Below, piece after piece: positions 23,096 to 35,465 of a DNA stretch of 59,289 bases. The position numbers and the translations under genes were made by a program. The stretch comes from Octopus bimaculoides. Taxonomy: Eukaryota. A model generated the notes under the pieces. The model searched no databases, was not told where the DNA came from, and saw only the letters and a program-made list of their open reading frames with translations. The stretch spans positions 59,564,520 through 59,623,808 of the forward strand of contig NC_068992.1 in the NCBI RefSeq assembly GCF_001194135.2, in the 5' to 3' direction. How positions within the stretch are numbered: position 1 is the stretch's first letter; every line of letters begins with the position of its first letter.

Positions 23096-23737
23096 CGAAC
23101 TTTGCTTATCTTAATTTTGTGTACGACAATGTATGTGTGTACGTGAATGTATATACGTGAATATATATANNNNNNNNNNNNNNNNNNNNNNNNNNNNNNN
23201 NNNNNNNNNNNNNNNNNNNNNNNNNNNNNNNNNNNNNNNNNNNNNNNNNNNNNNNNNNNNNNNNNNNNNNNNNNNNNNNNNNNNNNNNNNNNNNNNNNNN
23301 NNNNNNNNNNNNNNNNNNNNNNNNNNNNNNNNNNNNNNNNNNNNNNNNNNNNNNNNNNNNNNNNNNNNNNNNNNNNNNNNNNNNNNNNNNNNNNNNNNNN
23401 NTATATATATATATATATATATATGCATGTATGCATGTATGTATGTATGTATATTTAGCTGGGTGTGTTCAAAGTGCTGCAACAGCCATCTCCTTTCAGT
23501 CTGGAATGACAAAGGTTGGCAAGTCAGCTTATTAGGTGTATAGTGACGATATACTAAAATTACAATGATCTAGGATAGTTATAACTGCCTCTCCTATAAA
23601 AGTCCCCAAACTTCTGGAATACACCTCGTACCGTTGGAATTTTAGGAAAGCCGTATCTCTTTCATTTTCTTTCGGGTTGATATTGAACATTGTAAGCCGA
23701 GGTTAAATAGTTATGTCGCAATGTTGTTATGTCGTGA

Positions 23738-23859
23738 GGTCGACTTTGCCTTTCTTCCTTTCGGGGTCGATAAATTAAATACCAGTTGCGTACTGGGGTT
23801 GATCTAATCGACTGACCTCTTCCTCCAAAATTCCGGGCCTTGTGCCTAGAGTTGAAATG
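23738..23859 (+). mobile_element. 5'-truncated SINE family A with an 18-bp target-site duplication
   Basis: AATGTTGTTATGTCGTGA occurs at 23720-23737 and at 23860-23877. Confidence 0.85.
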
Positions 23860-23992
23860 AATGTTGTTATGTCGTGATATGAGCTCGATTTTCGTTGCCG
23901 ATTGGCACATGTATACTATATTTAACTTTTAATACAATATTTATTTTATCTGACGTATGCTTGATTATTAAATGCAACAGACATTAACATAC

Positions 23993-24259
23993 CTGATACA
24001 ATCGTTGTCGCAGTTGTAGCAAAAGAAGAAGTGAAGAAGAACTTTGAGTAAACCCAGCCGACATCCTTCGATCGGGTAGAGACGAAAAAGTCTCCCCATC
24101 CAAAGAATGGGTTGCTGATTCCGAAGTCTTCGCCATAGACCAGGGCATACCCAAACATCCAGAATGACAAACCCCCAACAATCACGTCGACTGCGTTTTT
24201 AACCATGATGTTCACTTCATTCTTCGAAGACACAGAGCCACTTTCAAGAAGACCAAAAC
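23993..24259 (-). CDS. Amt: Ammonium transporter, coding exon 2 (GFGLLESGSVSSKNEVNIMVKNAVDVIVGGLSFWMFGY...FFFTSSFATTATTIVSG)
   Basis: Classic Amt motifs LESG-x-V-xx-KN, KN-xx-D, FWMFGY and FATTATTIVSG. Acceptor TTATGTTGCAG, donor GTATG. 267 bp, phase 1 to phase 1. Confidence 0.96.
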
Positions 24260-24529
24260 CTGCAACATAAAGAATTTTTATCTTTAATTTGCTTTAAGAA
24301 AAAAAAAAAATCCCGAAAAAGAAAAAAAGACATCAAAAGCTGACTGTGATGGTGAATTTGTATTAAAGAAATCAGAATCAATAGGGGTTGCAGTTTTATT
24401 GTTGCTCAACTCTTGGCCACATCTGATTAGTAACCTGTATTCCTTTATTTTGGATAGATATGACTCCGTTCTCTAGGATTGCAAGATGTGATGTAATGAA
24501 GGTTTGGCTGCTGATTTTTTCTACTATAA

Positions 24530-24717
24530 ACGCAAGTCCTGTAATTTTAGGGGAAGGAGCTGGGCGAGTACATAGACCCTAGTGTTCAAATAGTACTTAT
24601 TTTATCGACCCCGAAATTATGAAAGGTAAAGTCGACCTCGGCAGAATTTGAACTTAGAATGTAGAGTCAGACGAAGTGTCGCTAAACATTTTGCCCGGCG
24701 TGCACGATTCTGCCGAC
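24530..24717 (-). mobile_element. SINE family A
   Basis: Family A core and head. Confidence 0.75.
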
Positions 24718-25009
24718 GACTTGCAAGAAGAAAGCGATAACAATTATGATGATGATGATTATAATTATGATTTCTTTTCTTGGCCATGTGGTCCCAAGAC
24801 ATTGATGATAATATAATGATGAAATGCACCTAACAAAATTGGGGTTTAGATCGAGTGATAAAAATAAAGCACATGTCAATAAAATTTCAACCTGAAAGAT
24901 GTTTGTCAATCGGAGAGAAAAACTACCTAGTCATCAATAAGGTACCACAAGTAACAAGGAAAACGTTATGAATCATGAGAGGAGTAAATGGTAAACAGTT
25001 ACAGACAAA

Positions 25010-25270
25010 AGAAGGCATATTCCAGACGTCTCTTTTTCTCTCTGTTCCCTCTATGTCTGGCGTTGATGCCTGTGACTACCATACTGAACAGAACTGGACG
25101 TGGATACTAATGTTATATTGTGACAATCAACCATCTCTTGCAAGTTGATAATTTCAAGTTGTATGCAGCAAATGATAACTAGAAACACTACCACATATAG
25201 CACACGGATTTACCAAAGAAATAAATATGGCATTCGGATTAGAAAAAAAATGCACCAAAGCGAACTTATT
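25010..25270 (+). mobile_element. RLE-type non-LTR RT fragment
   Basis: Degenerate GIFQ..SLS.LF.L.L.P and NHLL.VD..KLYA...INMAFGLEKC motifs. Confidence 0.6.
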
Positions 25271-25664
25271 GAGAAGATTAGTTAACAACCCTAATTAATA
25301 TCTTACTAATTAATAACCACACCGAGATAAGAGAATTGTACCCAGAGCAGACATACTTTATGTATGTATGTATGTATGTATGTATGTATGTACGTACGTA
25401 TGTATGTATATGTATGTATGTGTGTGTGTGTGTATATGTATGTGTGTGTGTGTGTATGTATGTTTGTGTGTGTGTGTGGATTATTAGTACCATAACCTCT
25501 TATACACAGTACAGACACTGATACAACAAAAGACTGCACCAGTTCGCATAAAAGAAAAGTTTGCACTACCCCAACAAAAAAGAAAACACAATGCTGCACA
25601 CACCTCAGCAATTCGAAGGGGTAGCAGATGATGCAGTAGAAGTTTTCCCGAAAGTACCAAATGT

Positions 25665-25724
<60 letters not shown>

Positions 25725-25729
<5 letters not shown>

Positions 25730-26315
25730 CTTACAGCACGATATTGTTAGTGAGTTCTGTAAGCTTGCACAACGCGAATACAAAAGGAGACACGACAATG
25801 TGACCAGATATATCCACTGGCTGTTGTGCGGTAAAGCAAACCTCGAGAAAGCCGAACAACGGTATGAACTCAAGCCAGAGGGAGTAATGGAAAACGAACA
25901 TTACAAAATACTCTGGGATTTTAACATACAGTGCGACCAAATCATAGAGGCGAGACGACCAGATACCGTGATCATCCATAAAGATGAAAAAGAAGCAAAG
26001 AAAATAGATGCTGCAATACCAGGCGATTCGAGGGTGAAATATAAGGAAACAGAAAAGAGTGAGAAATACCAGCCACTACGGAACGAGATAAGAAAGTTAT
26101 GGGGCATGAGGAAAGTAATGGTGATACCAGTGGTAATTGGAGCATCAGAAGCAGTTTCCAAGGGCTTTGAAAAACATATTAAGACTATTGGAGCTGGCTG
26201 CTGTCAGGCTCGAGCTGATCCAGAAGACAGCTCCGCATTCTGAGGAGAGTATTGTCTCTTTGAGTCACAGGAAAAGGCACTACTTGAAACCTTTGGTGAT
26301 TTGTTGTTGCCTGGA
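25725..26315 (+). mobile_element. R4/Dong-like non-LTR 3' fragment (RLE domain)
   Basis: HDIVSEFCKLAQREYKRRHD...ILWDFNIQCD.IIEARRPD...IDAAIPGD..EK.EKYQPL...IPVVIGA; flanked on both sides by (AAT)n. Confidence 0.9.
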
Positions 26316-26329
26316 TGATGATGATCCTG

Positions 26330-26415
<86 letters not shown>

Positions 26416-26422
<7 letters not shown>

Positions 26423-26635
26423 TATTCAGACAAATACATAACAAAAACACCAGGACTTACAAATATATATAACATACAGAAAATTGCACTACTGGGTACT
26501 GCACACATTCTACGCAAAACACTTTCAATACAGTAAACATAAGAGCACCACAGCAAACCACAGCACATACCCAAGGCGCACAGAGCTGCGCTCGGTAGTG
26601 AAGTGAAAGCACGTTATAAAAATAAAACTACTGAA
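26416..26635 (+). mobile_element. Young 5'-truncated R4/Dong-like 3' end within (AAT)n
   Basis: KKYSDKY...IQKIALLGTAHILRKTLSIQ* plus 3' UTR; nearly identical to 58535-58757. Confidence 0.85.
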
Positions 26636-27371
26636 TAATAATAATAATAATGATTTCTTTTATTTGCCATCAGGGCGTAGGATGAGGAGGACACTAGAAA
26701 GACAGACTTAAAATGTGGGGGTTTACATATGATGGAATGATAAAATAAAAAGTATACACGGTATACATTAGAAGAAGTGAAGTATACATAGTATACAACG
26801 TTATTATTTTTATATTTTTATCTGCTCCGACTTTCAACGTTCCAAAAAAAAAAAAAGAAAAAGAAAATTTAAAGCTTAGTTTATCTGAAGTCTGTTAATG
26901 ATAAGAAAAATCACGATGGTCGCGGATGGAACGCCTTTGAATACAATTCTTCTTGATTATAGTTGATATTGTGTTAGAGAACAACGAAAACACTAGCTAA
27001 AAGCAAGCACGGAATATTTGAGAGGCTTAAGAAGATGTTACTTCGCTAAATATTTTAGCGACAAAGAAGTTATAGCGACATAAAACCGAATCATTACTGT
27101 TCATATTTGCTGATGTTTATTATTGATAAAATAATTCACCGTTATATAGAAACAGATAATGTTTTTTTTTTTATATTATGCTAGTTTACTTAGCGTTAAA
27201 TACCATTAATGGATTGACGGATGGCCGTTTTTTCACCTTCTTTCAACGCCGTCACTATTAAGTTTATTAAGTAAATAGCTAGGCAGTTAAGCAATAATAA
27301 TAACAATAAAAATAATAATAAATAATAATGATGATGCTTTGCTGCTGCTGTTGATGATGTTGATGATGATG

Positions 27372-27400
<29 letters not shown>

Positions 27401-27403
<3 letters not shown>

Positions 27404-27628
27404 TTCTTTATTGCCCACAAGGGGCTAAACACAGAGGGGACAAATAAGGACAGACAAAGGAATCAAGTCGATTACATCGACCCCAGTACGCAACTGGTAC
27501 CTAATTCATCGACCCCGAAAGGATGAAAGGCAAAGTGAACCTCGGCGGAATTCGAACTCAGAACGTAACGGCAGACGAAATACCGCTAAGCATTTCGCCT
27601 GGCGTGCTAACGTTTCTGCCTGCTCGCC
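27401..27628 (-). mobile_element. SINE family A, young variant with an (AAT)n-adjacent tail
   Basis: Well-preserved head and core. Confidence 0.85.
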
Positions 27629-27631
27629 AGA

Positions 27632-28590
27632 CATTAAAATCGTTGAAAGGAGGAGAGAGTTATAAGTATCTAGGAGTATTCGAATCTGACCGGGTACGAA
27701 CTACAGAAATGAAAACGAAAATTGAGGAGTACATCAGAAGAGTGAGGAAGCTAATGAAGTCAAAGCTAAATGGTCCGAATCTAGTGAAGGCTGTAAATAC
27801 TTGGGTAGTATCATTACTTAGATACTCAGCAGCTTTTGTAGATGGGATAAAAACTGAATTAGAAAAGTTAGACAGAAGAACTAGGAAGGAATTCAATATG
27901 AATGGAGGACTCCACCCAAGGGCCGGAGTAGCAATATAATACCTACCTAGAAAGGAAGGCGGAAGAGGGTTAACATCAGTAGAAGACTGCGTGGAGTTAG
28001 GTAGAGTAGATATAGACTCATAGGTAGGTAATAGTGAAAAAGTTTATTAAAAGCTGCTAGAGTCACAGCAAAACATAGGGAAACCAAAGACCTAAACAAA
28101 CATAAAACTCAGAAAAAAAGAACAGAAATTATTTGAATGGCAGGAGGCGTTGCATGGTAAATTCCCAAAGACAGTTGCAGCAAATAGTATTAGTGAAACA
28201 TGGTTATGGTTGCAGAAAGGAAAGCTAAAGAGGGAGGCAGAAAGTTTGTTAGTATCTGCACAAGATCAAGCATTAAAGACTAATTAGGTAAAAGGCAAGA
28301 TAGACAAAAACCAAGTAGATTCCCAGTGTAGATTATGCAGATCAAAAGAGAAAAGCATTACTCATATTGTAAGTGAATGTAGCATGCTGGCACAGAAAGA
28401 ATACAAAAAAAGACATGATAATCTAGGGAGTGCAATCCACTGGGAGCTATATAGAAAGCTACGATTTGAACATACTGATAAATGGTATGAATATGAACCT
28501 AGTAAATTACTGGAAAGTAAGAAACATAAGATATTGTGGGACTTTAACATCCAGACTGACAGAATAACAGAAGTCAGAAGACCTAATTTG

Positions 28591-28632
<42 letters not shown>

Positions 28633-28950
28633 AAGAGAATAGAAAGTGCCAGGTAATTGACTTTACACTCCCAAATATGGAAAATATTAATATGAGAGAT
28701 ATAGAAAAAATAGCAAAGTACCAAGACCTAGCTATTAAATTACAGAGACTATGGAAAGTGCGGGAAAAATGTATCCCAGTAATTATAGGTGCATTGGGAA
28801 CTATCCTTAAATATCTGAACAGATGGATAAAGGAAATAGGCATAAAACCCAGTTTAGTACAGCTGCAGAAAACAGTGTTATTAGGAAGAGCTAGGATACT
28901 TAGGATGGTTCTTGGCATCTAGGATGGTTCTTGTAGCCCTATATTAGGAT
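27632..28950 (+). mobile_element. R4/Dong-like non-LTR fragment (RT thumb, CCHC zinc knuckle, RLE)
   Basis: YKYLGV..., LDRRTRK...GGRGL, LHGK, AQDQAL, CRLC...HIVSEC...RHD, ILWDF...RRP, EKIAKYQDL, LQKTVLLGRARILR; with stops and frameshifts. Confidence 0.92.
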
Positions 28951-29007
28951 TCTTTTCTTTTCCAACAGTCTAATCTGTTGAGTGTATATGAAAATAACAA
29001 CAATAAC

Positions 29008-29060
<53 letters not shown>

Positions 29061-29104
29061 CAACAGCAACAACAACAACGAAAACAACAACAACAATAAT
29101 AATG

Positions 29105-29290
29105 ATAATAAATGTTGGGTTCTTGGGAACAGCGTCAAAAGGCATCACGAGGAATATAAAGGAAATTGGAATAGAGTGCCCAGTAGAACTATTACAAAAG
29201 GCTTGCCTCCTTGGCACGGCCAGAATAATCAAGATAGTATTAGATAGTTGAAAAGAACGGTTAGCATGGTACCGTAGGCTGCAGGTAGCA
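29105..29290 (+). mobile_element. R4/Dong-like extreme 3' fragment
   Basis: VGFLGT...IGIECPVELLQKACLLGTARIIKIVLDS*. Confidence 0.75.
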
Positions 29291-29339
29291 AGCCCGCTAC
29301 CCATGCAAGTCTCCAGGAGTTCCAACAAAACCTGTGATA

Positions 29340-30330
29340 AAAAGAAATAGCAATAATAATACGGATGTGCAGCAAGGATATGGGGATGAATTCGGTATTT
29401 CAAAGTATGCGGTACTAACTTTGAAACGGGAGGAAAGGGCAGAATGTAGGGGCAATTTGTTGGGACATAAAACTACCAAACGAAGAGCGAATGGAAGACC
29501 CGGATGATAATGGGTACAGACACCTAGGAATCCCGGAGCTGGATAATATCTTGCACAGAGTAATGAAAGACGGTCACCACTGCATATTTGAAGCGCCCCA
29601 TACTTTCCTTGAAGTCAAAACTCAACGCAGGGAACCTTAACTTATTGTTCTAGTTCGCGATGGTGCACCTATTCTAAAATGGACTCGAGCGGAGATTAAC
29701 CATCTCGATCGTACTACCCAAAAGACAATGACAATGCATGGTGCCCTCTACCCTAAGGCGAACGTACACAGGTTCTACATGAAGAAGTGTAAAGGTGGAC
29801 GTGGCCTGATTAGCGCACGGGAGTGCATCAACAGTGAAAGAAAAAAACATGGCAGAGTACTTGATAACAGCAGACAAGATCTGCTGCAGTCTGCTACGAA
29901 CGCAGAAGGATTTACCAGCAATGGACTTCAGAGTGTTTATGTATTCCGATCACGAATAGCCAATCAAAGAGAAGAAAGTCTACTTTGCATGGAATTACAT
30001 GGTCAGTTCCACCATGAAGCTAACAACTTAAAAGACCAGGAAGCATCATAGAGGTGGCTCTTGAAAAGAAAACTGAAAGCTTAATCATCGCTGCCCAGGA
30101 TCAGGCATTGAATACCAACTCAGTGAAAAGGGATGTATACCACACAAGTGCAGAATGTGTGGGAAGAGGGTCGAAAGCGTGACTCACATTGTTAGTGTTT
30201 GTGAACGTGTTGTACAGAAAGAGTACAAACGCAGACACGACAAGGTGGCCCCAAATCTCCATTGGCTACTATGCTGAAAGTATGGATACGAGGTAATAGG
30301 TGCTTAGTACCAACATACACCGGACAAATT
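29340..30330 (+). mobile_element. R4/Dong-like non-LTR fragment
   Basis: MHGALYPKANVHRFYMKKCKGGRGL, LHGQF, AAQDQALNTN, C..C...HIVS.C...YKRRHD. Confidence 0.85.
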
Positions 30331-31164
30331 AATGGATGATAATGATGACCATAACATTTCTGACCCTTATCCCCCTCCCCTTCTGCAGCACCATTATTAT
30401 TACCATTGTTATTAAAATTATCTACATCATCTTCAATCATCATCCTCATCATCAACCACCACCACCACCACCACCACCATAGCCGCCTTCATCAAGAATA
30501 GCATCATCACCGTCATTAAGATGATGATGATGATGACAACAATGACCCCCCCCCCCCNNNNNNNNNNNNNNNNNNNNNNNNNNNNCTTCTCTTCGTCGTC
30601 GTCGTCGTCCTCGCTGCCGACACCATCATGATCATTGCCGAAACCATCCTCTTCTTCGTCATCACTATCCGCATTAATGATTGTCCTTCTCCCTCCTCCT
30701 CCTCCTCACCACCACCACCACTACCACCGTTGTCCCATGCAATCTGGCACGTGATAAACCAGTGCCATATTAATAAGTGGACTGTTACAACATCGCAGTA
30801 CGTTGGCAGCCGATAATCAAACACAAGCGGCTCCTCTTCAACGGTTTACTCTCTCACAGCTATACATCTAAACAATTATACCACTTACATCCTTCCATAC
30901 TTACTTTATCAGCCGATCGACATTTATAAGAAACATATAAGAGGGAAAATCGAACAATAATTTATGTGAAAAAGATATATTAATTGGAGGAAATGTAGAA
31001 CGTAGGCTGTTGGCATTGAATCAATAAGTATATAAGTAAACCTATTAATTAATTAATTGCCCGTATGATTAATTCATCGATTGATTCGATTAAATACCTC
31101 TTTGTTGCGTTGAGTGCGAGTGAATGTCTATGTATGTGTATGCATGTGAAGGTATATGTATACG

Positions 31165-31205
31165 TGTACATACATACTTATGTCTATCTATCTATCTATC
31201 TATCC

Positions 31206-31255
<50 letters not shown>

Positions 31256-31425
31256 GTATCTATCTATCAATTTGTCGTCTGTTTATCTATCGATCACTCT
31301 ATTTGTCTGTCTTTCTGTCATTTTATCTGTGTTTATCTGTTTGTCTATCTTTCTCTCTATCAGTCTGTCTGTCCGTCCATCCATCCGTCTATCTGTCTCT
31401 CTCTCTCTATCTATCTATCTCTCTC

Positions 31426-31491
<66 letters not shown>

Positions 31492-31520
31492 CATCTATCT
31501 ATCTATCTATCTATCTATCA
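31165..31520. repeat. (TATC)n tetranucleotide microsatellite block
   Basis: Seen directly. Confidence 0.95.
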
Positions 31521-32059
31521 GCCTGCCAGCTTGCTAAATNNNNNNNNNNNNNNNNNNNNNNNNNNNNNNNNNNNNNNNNNNNNNNNNNNNNNNNNNNNNN
31601 NNNNNNNNNNNNNNNNNNNNNNNNNNNNNNNNNNNNNNNNNNNNNNNNNNNNNNNNNNNNNNNNNNNNNNNNNNNNNNNNNNNNNNNNNNNNNNNNNNNN
31701 NNNNNNNNNNNNNNNNNNNNNNNNNNNNNNNNNNNNNNNNNNNNNNNNNNNNNNNNNNNNNNNNNNNNNNNNNNNNNNNNNNNNNNNNNNNNNNNNNNNN
31801 NNNNNNNNNNNNNNNNNNNNNNNNNNNNNNNNNNNNNNNNNNNNNNNNNNNNNNNNNNNNNNNNNNNNNNNNNNNNNNNNNNNNNNNNNNNNNNNNNNNN
31901 NNNNNNNNNNNNNNNNNNNNNNNNNNNNNNNNNNNNNNNNNNNNNNNNNNNNNNNNNNNNNNNNNNNNNNNNNNNNNNNNNNNNNNNNNNNNNNNNNNNN
32001 NNNNNNNNNNNNNNNNNNNNNNNNNGTGGTTAAGGAAACGTTTCTTGAACGAAGTACTC

Positions 32060-33540
32060 GGATAAGACTAAGAACTTAAACATAATAGATACATACGCTC
32101 ACGATAGGCTTTTAAATGATTCAATCGCACAAAAATACAGACACGTTTCCCCACCCACTTACAATAGCATTAACTGTAGGGCTAAACAAACAGTAATTAA
32201 TCTAGTATTGCAGGCAGAGTAGAGATCTTGGTCAAGAGAAATGCTTTTATAACTCTGAAAGATCACAAGCCAAATTTTGCCTCTAACCCCAAATGCCGCC
32301 TGATCAACCCGACCAAGTCCCAAAGTGCCAGGCGAGTAAGTATTACTGAGGAGGATTTATGATGACATAAGAAGACACACGAGCCTCCCTCTATGGCACA
32401 GCACCAATGAGGTGACCTCATGGTTCATAGCCAACCGAAACAGAGGCAGGGCTAGATTTACACAGTTCGACATTGTTGACTTTTATCCATCTATCACTAA
32501 AGAGTTATTATTGAAGGCAATTTCCTTAGCCAAAGGATTCACAGATATTAAAGATAGTAATGTTAGAGTTATCATGCATGCCAAAGATTCGACTTGGGTC
32601 AACCAATCTGACCCCGAGGGCTTCTTTGATGTAGAGCATATGACAGCGCCGACGTATGTTATCTTATCGGACTGTACATCCTGGACACCTTAGAGAAGAG
32701 GTTTCCTTCGGTCCTCTTCGGCCTCTACAGAGATGACGCCCTAGCCATCTGTAGAGGAGCCAACGGCCACACGTTAGGTAGACTTAAAAAGGACCTAATT
32801 AGCACCTTAGGCTCAATGGGTCTCAAGATCACCATTGGGACTAATCTCACCACAGTAGATGTTTTAGATATTACTTTACATCTGGTACATACAGACCCTA
32901 TCACAGGCCAAACGAGAGGCTGTCTCATATTAGCACAGCCTCCTGCCTGCCCCCTAGTTTTCAAGAACCTAGTGAAAGGTGTAAGCAAGAGGATCTCGAA
33001 TCTATCCTCGAGCCAAGGTATCTTCGACGCAGCTGCCCCCTACTACAATGAGGCACTGGCATCGAGTGGCTTTAAGGCCCGCATCCCCTACATACCTAGC
33101 CCTAGCAGCCGGAAAAGGAAGCGCCGCAGAAATGTCATTTGGTTTGCTCTACCCTTCTCACTCTATTCTTCTCACTTAAGACTTGTGTGGGAAAGATTTT
33201 CCTTAGGCTAATAGACAAACATTTTGCATACACACATAGATACATGCATTTGTTTAATAGGCACAACCTAAGAGTCTCCTTTAGTTGTGCATCTAAAACA
33301 TTTTATCAAGTACCCACAATACAAGGAAGGACGCAGGTTGCTCTTGCAGGGTATATAATAACTGTCCAGTAGGAGGACGATGCAAACATACATCAACACA
33401 AAGAATACTGGTGGAACATTCCCATCAAAACATCGGTCAAGTGTAAATGTAACAGGCCGGATATTGCTGTTTGGGGCAAACACGAAAAAGTATGTACCGT
33501 CATAGAGGTCAGCTGATAACATGCTGATGGCATGCTGATG
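32060..33540 (+). mobile_element. Degenerate Penelope-like element, Naiad-type
   Basis: [66 protein letters not shown]...FNRHNLRVSFSC, then a Cys cluster (CKCNR); frameshifted. Confidence 0.85.
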
Positions 33541-34169
33541 TGAATATCTCTTTGAAAATCAGAGAGACAGACGATAACTGTGGACTGTTTCAAAACCTGT
33601 ACATTTTTTTTTTTATCCAGACTATAAATTTACAGTTTAAATTTTAGATTGTTGGAAAGAACACAAGAGATAATAGTGTCCTAGATATATGCTTGAATAG
33701 AATGTGATACGACAATGATAATGTCTGGAATAGCTTTGGTCACACGTCTACTCATTTAGGGCTCACTTAGAACTAAAGAACAACAAAAATAACAGCGACA
33801 ACAACAACGACCTTGTTAGAGCAGTCTGTGACAGAAAATAGAAGTCTTGCTGCGTTGTGAATGTCAGTTGGTCACCAAATTCAAATATTTTCATCAAAGT
33901 TGGTGAGAGGAATTGTGGCGACTGCTTCGGAGACTTCGATCATTTTCAATATATTTAAACTAATAAAATAAATTTAATTTTGCGTCTGTAGTCATTAAGA
34001 ACACTTGGTCATGTCATTAAATGCTGATGATGGCATGGTTTATAAAGGCATATAAATATAAATATGTGTACACACGCATGCACACTCATGCATGCGCGCA
34101 CACACACTCATGCATGCGCGCACACACACACGCATGCACACACACAAATACATATGCACAAATACACAT

Positions 34170-34210
<41 letters not shown>

Positions 34211-34721
34211 AGAAAACGTATGGGGATTCAGCAATTTCTTGCCGAACAACCACATGTATGATTTGTTTATAGGGATCATATAAGCTCACCCCTTCCATCG
34301 GATCGACATTACCTGTACAGGTGCGCCATGTGCCACACGCCAGGTGACGAAATGATTGCAGAGTAACGTGAAATGAAGTGCTCTACTCAAGAGCACAACA
34401 CAACGCCCGGTCTGGGAATCGAAACATCGATCTCGCAATTGCGAGTGCAATACTCTAAACCACTAAACCATGCACATACATACATACATACATACACACA
34501 CACACATACATACATACATACATATTCACAAAAGCATCTAAAAAGCAGTTTGATTTGTCGGCGGGCCGTTTCGCTTAATGGTAAAGCACTTGGCCAGAGT
34601 TTTCAAGAGATATAGGTTCGTATCCAATAGATGGTTTTTCCGCTTTGTAAAAGCAAATTATCCACTGTTTCTGCTGTTGTTACTGCGTCTCTGCGTTCGA
34701 AAATAAATTATCATCTTATAT

Positions 34722-34798
<77 letters not shown>

Positions 34799-34801
<3 letters not shown>

Positions 34802-35465
34802 GGTGCGAGGGATATTTGAGGATATTTAGTTTTTAGTTCATTACACTTTCAAATTATTTAGTGTATCATTTTTTTTTTCAGATAACCTTTTCAAGGTATC
34901 ATGCTAACTCAAGAAATGAAAAGATATGCAGCCATAGTTGCAATACATGCAAACCACAGTGATTTAGAAATGAGCAACTTTCTAAATGCTGCATGATCAT
35001 TTGTACACAAAATTCGGTTGGGATTGGAGGCATGTGAGGGTAATGTTTCACCTGTATCAAAGAGAAAAAAAACATTCACAACGTTCAGACACTAAAAGGA
35101 CACCGGAATTTATACAACATGTTCTAAACATTGTCGATGAAACCTCCAGAAGATCAATGAGGTTCATTGCTAAAGAACGTCGGGTATCAGAGTGGACTAT
35201 CAGAACTGTGGTACATCGTTACATTCGATACTAGTCCTATGTAATGAGAAAAGGCCAATTCGTGTCTGCAAAGACACAGGAAAACCGTCTCATCCGTTCA
35301 AAACGCTTACTTAACAAAGTGAACCCCGCCCCATGAACAAAGCATGCTTTGGTTTTTCTCTGACGAAAAAAAACTTTGACCAGGATCAAAATTCTAACAG
35401 AAGAAATGACAGGTGGTTATGTGCAGATCCTTCTGAAGTACCCAGAGTGATGCACAAAATATCTG
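34799..35465 (+). mobile_element. Tc1/mariner (DD37D/maT-like) 5' half inserted in (TA)n
   Basis: TA-CAGGGTG terminus. ORF from 34901 reads MLTQEMKRYAAIVAI...RRSMRFIAKE..VSEWTIR (HTH)...FFSDEKNFDQDQ..NRRNDRWLC; contains stops. Confidence 0.8.
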
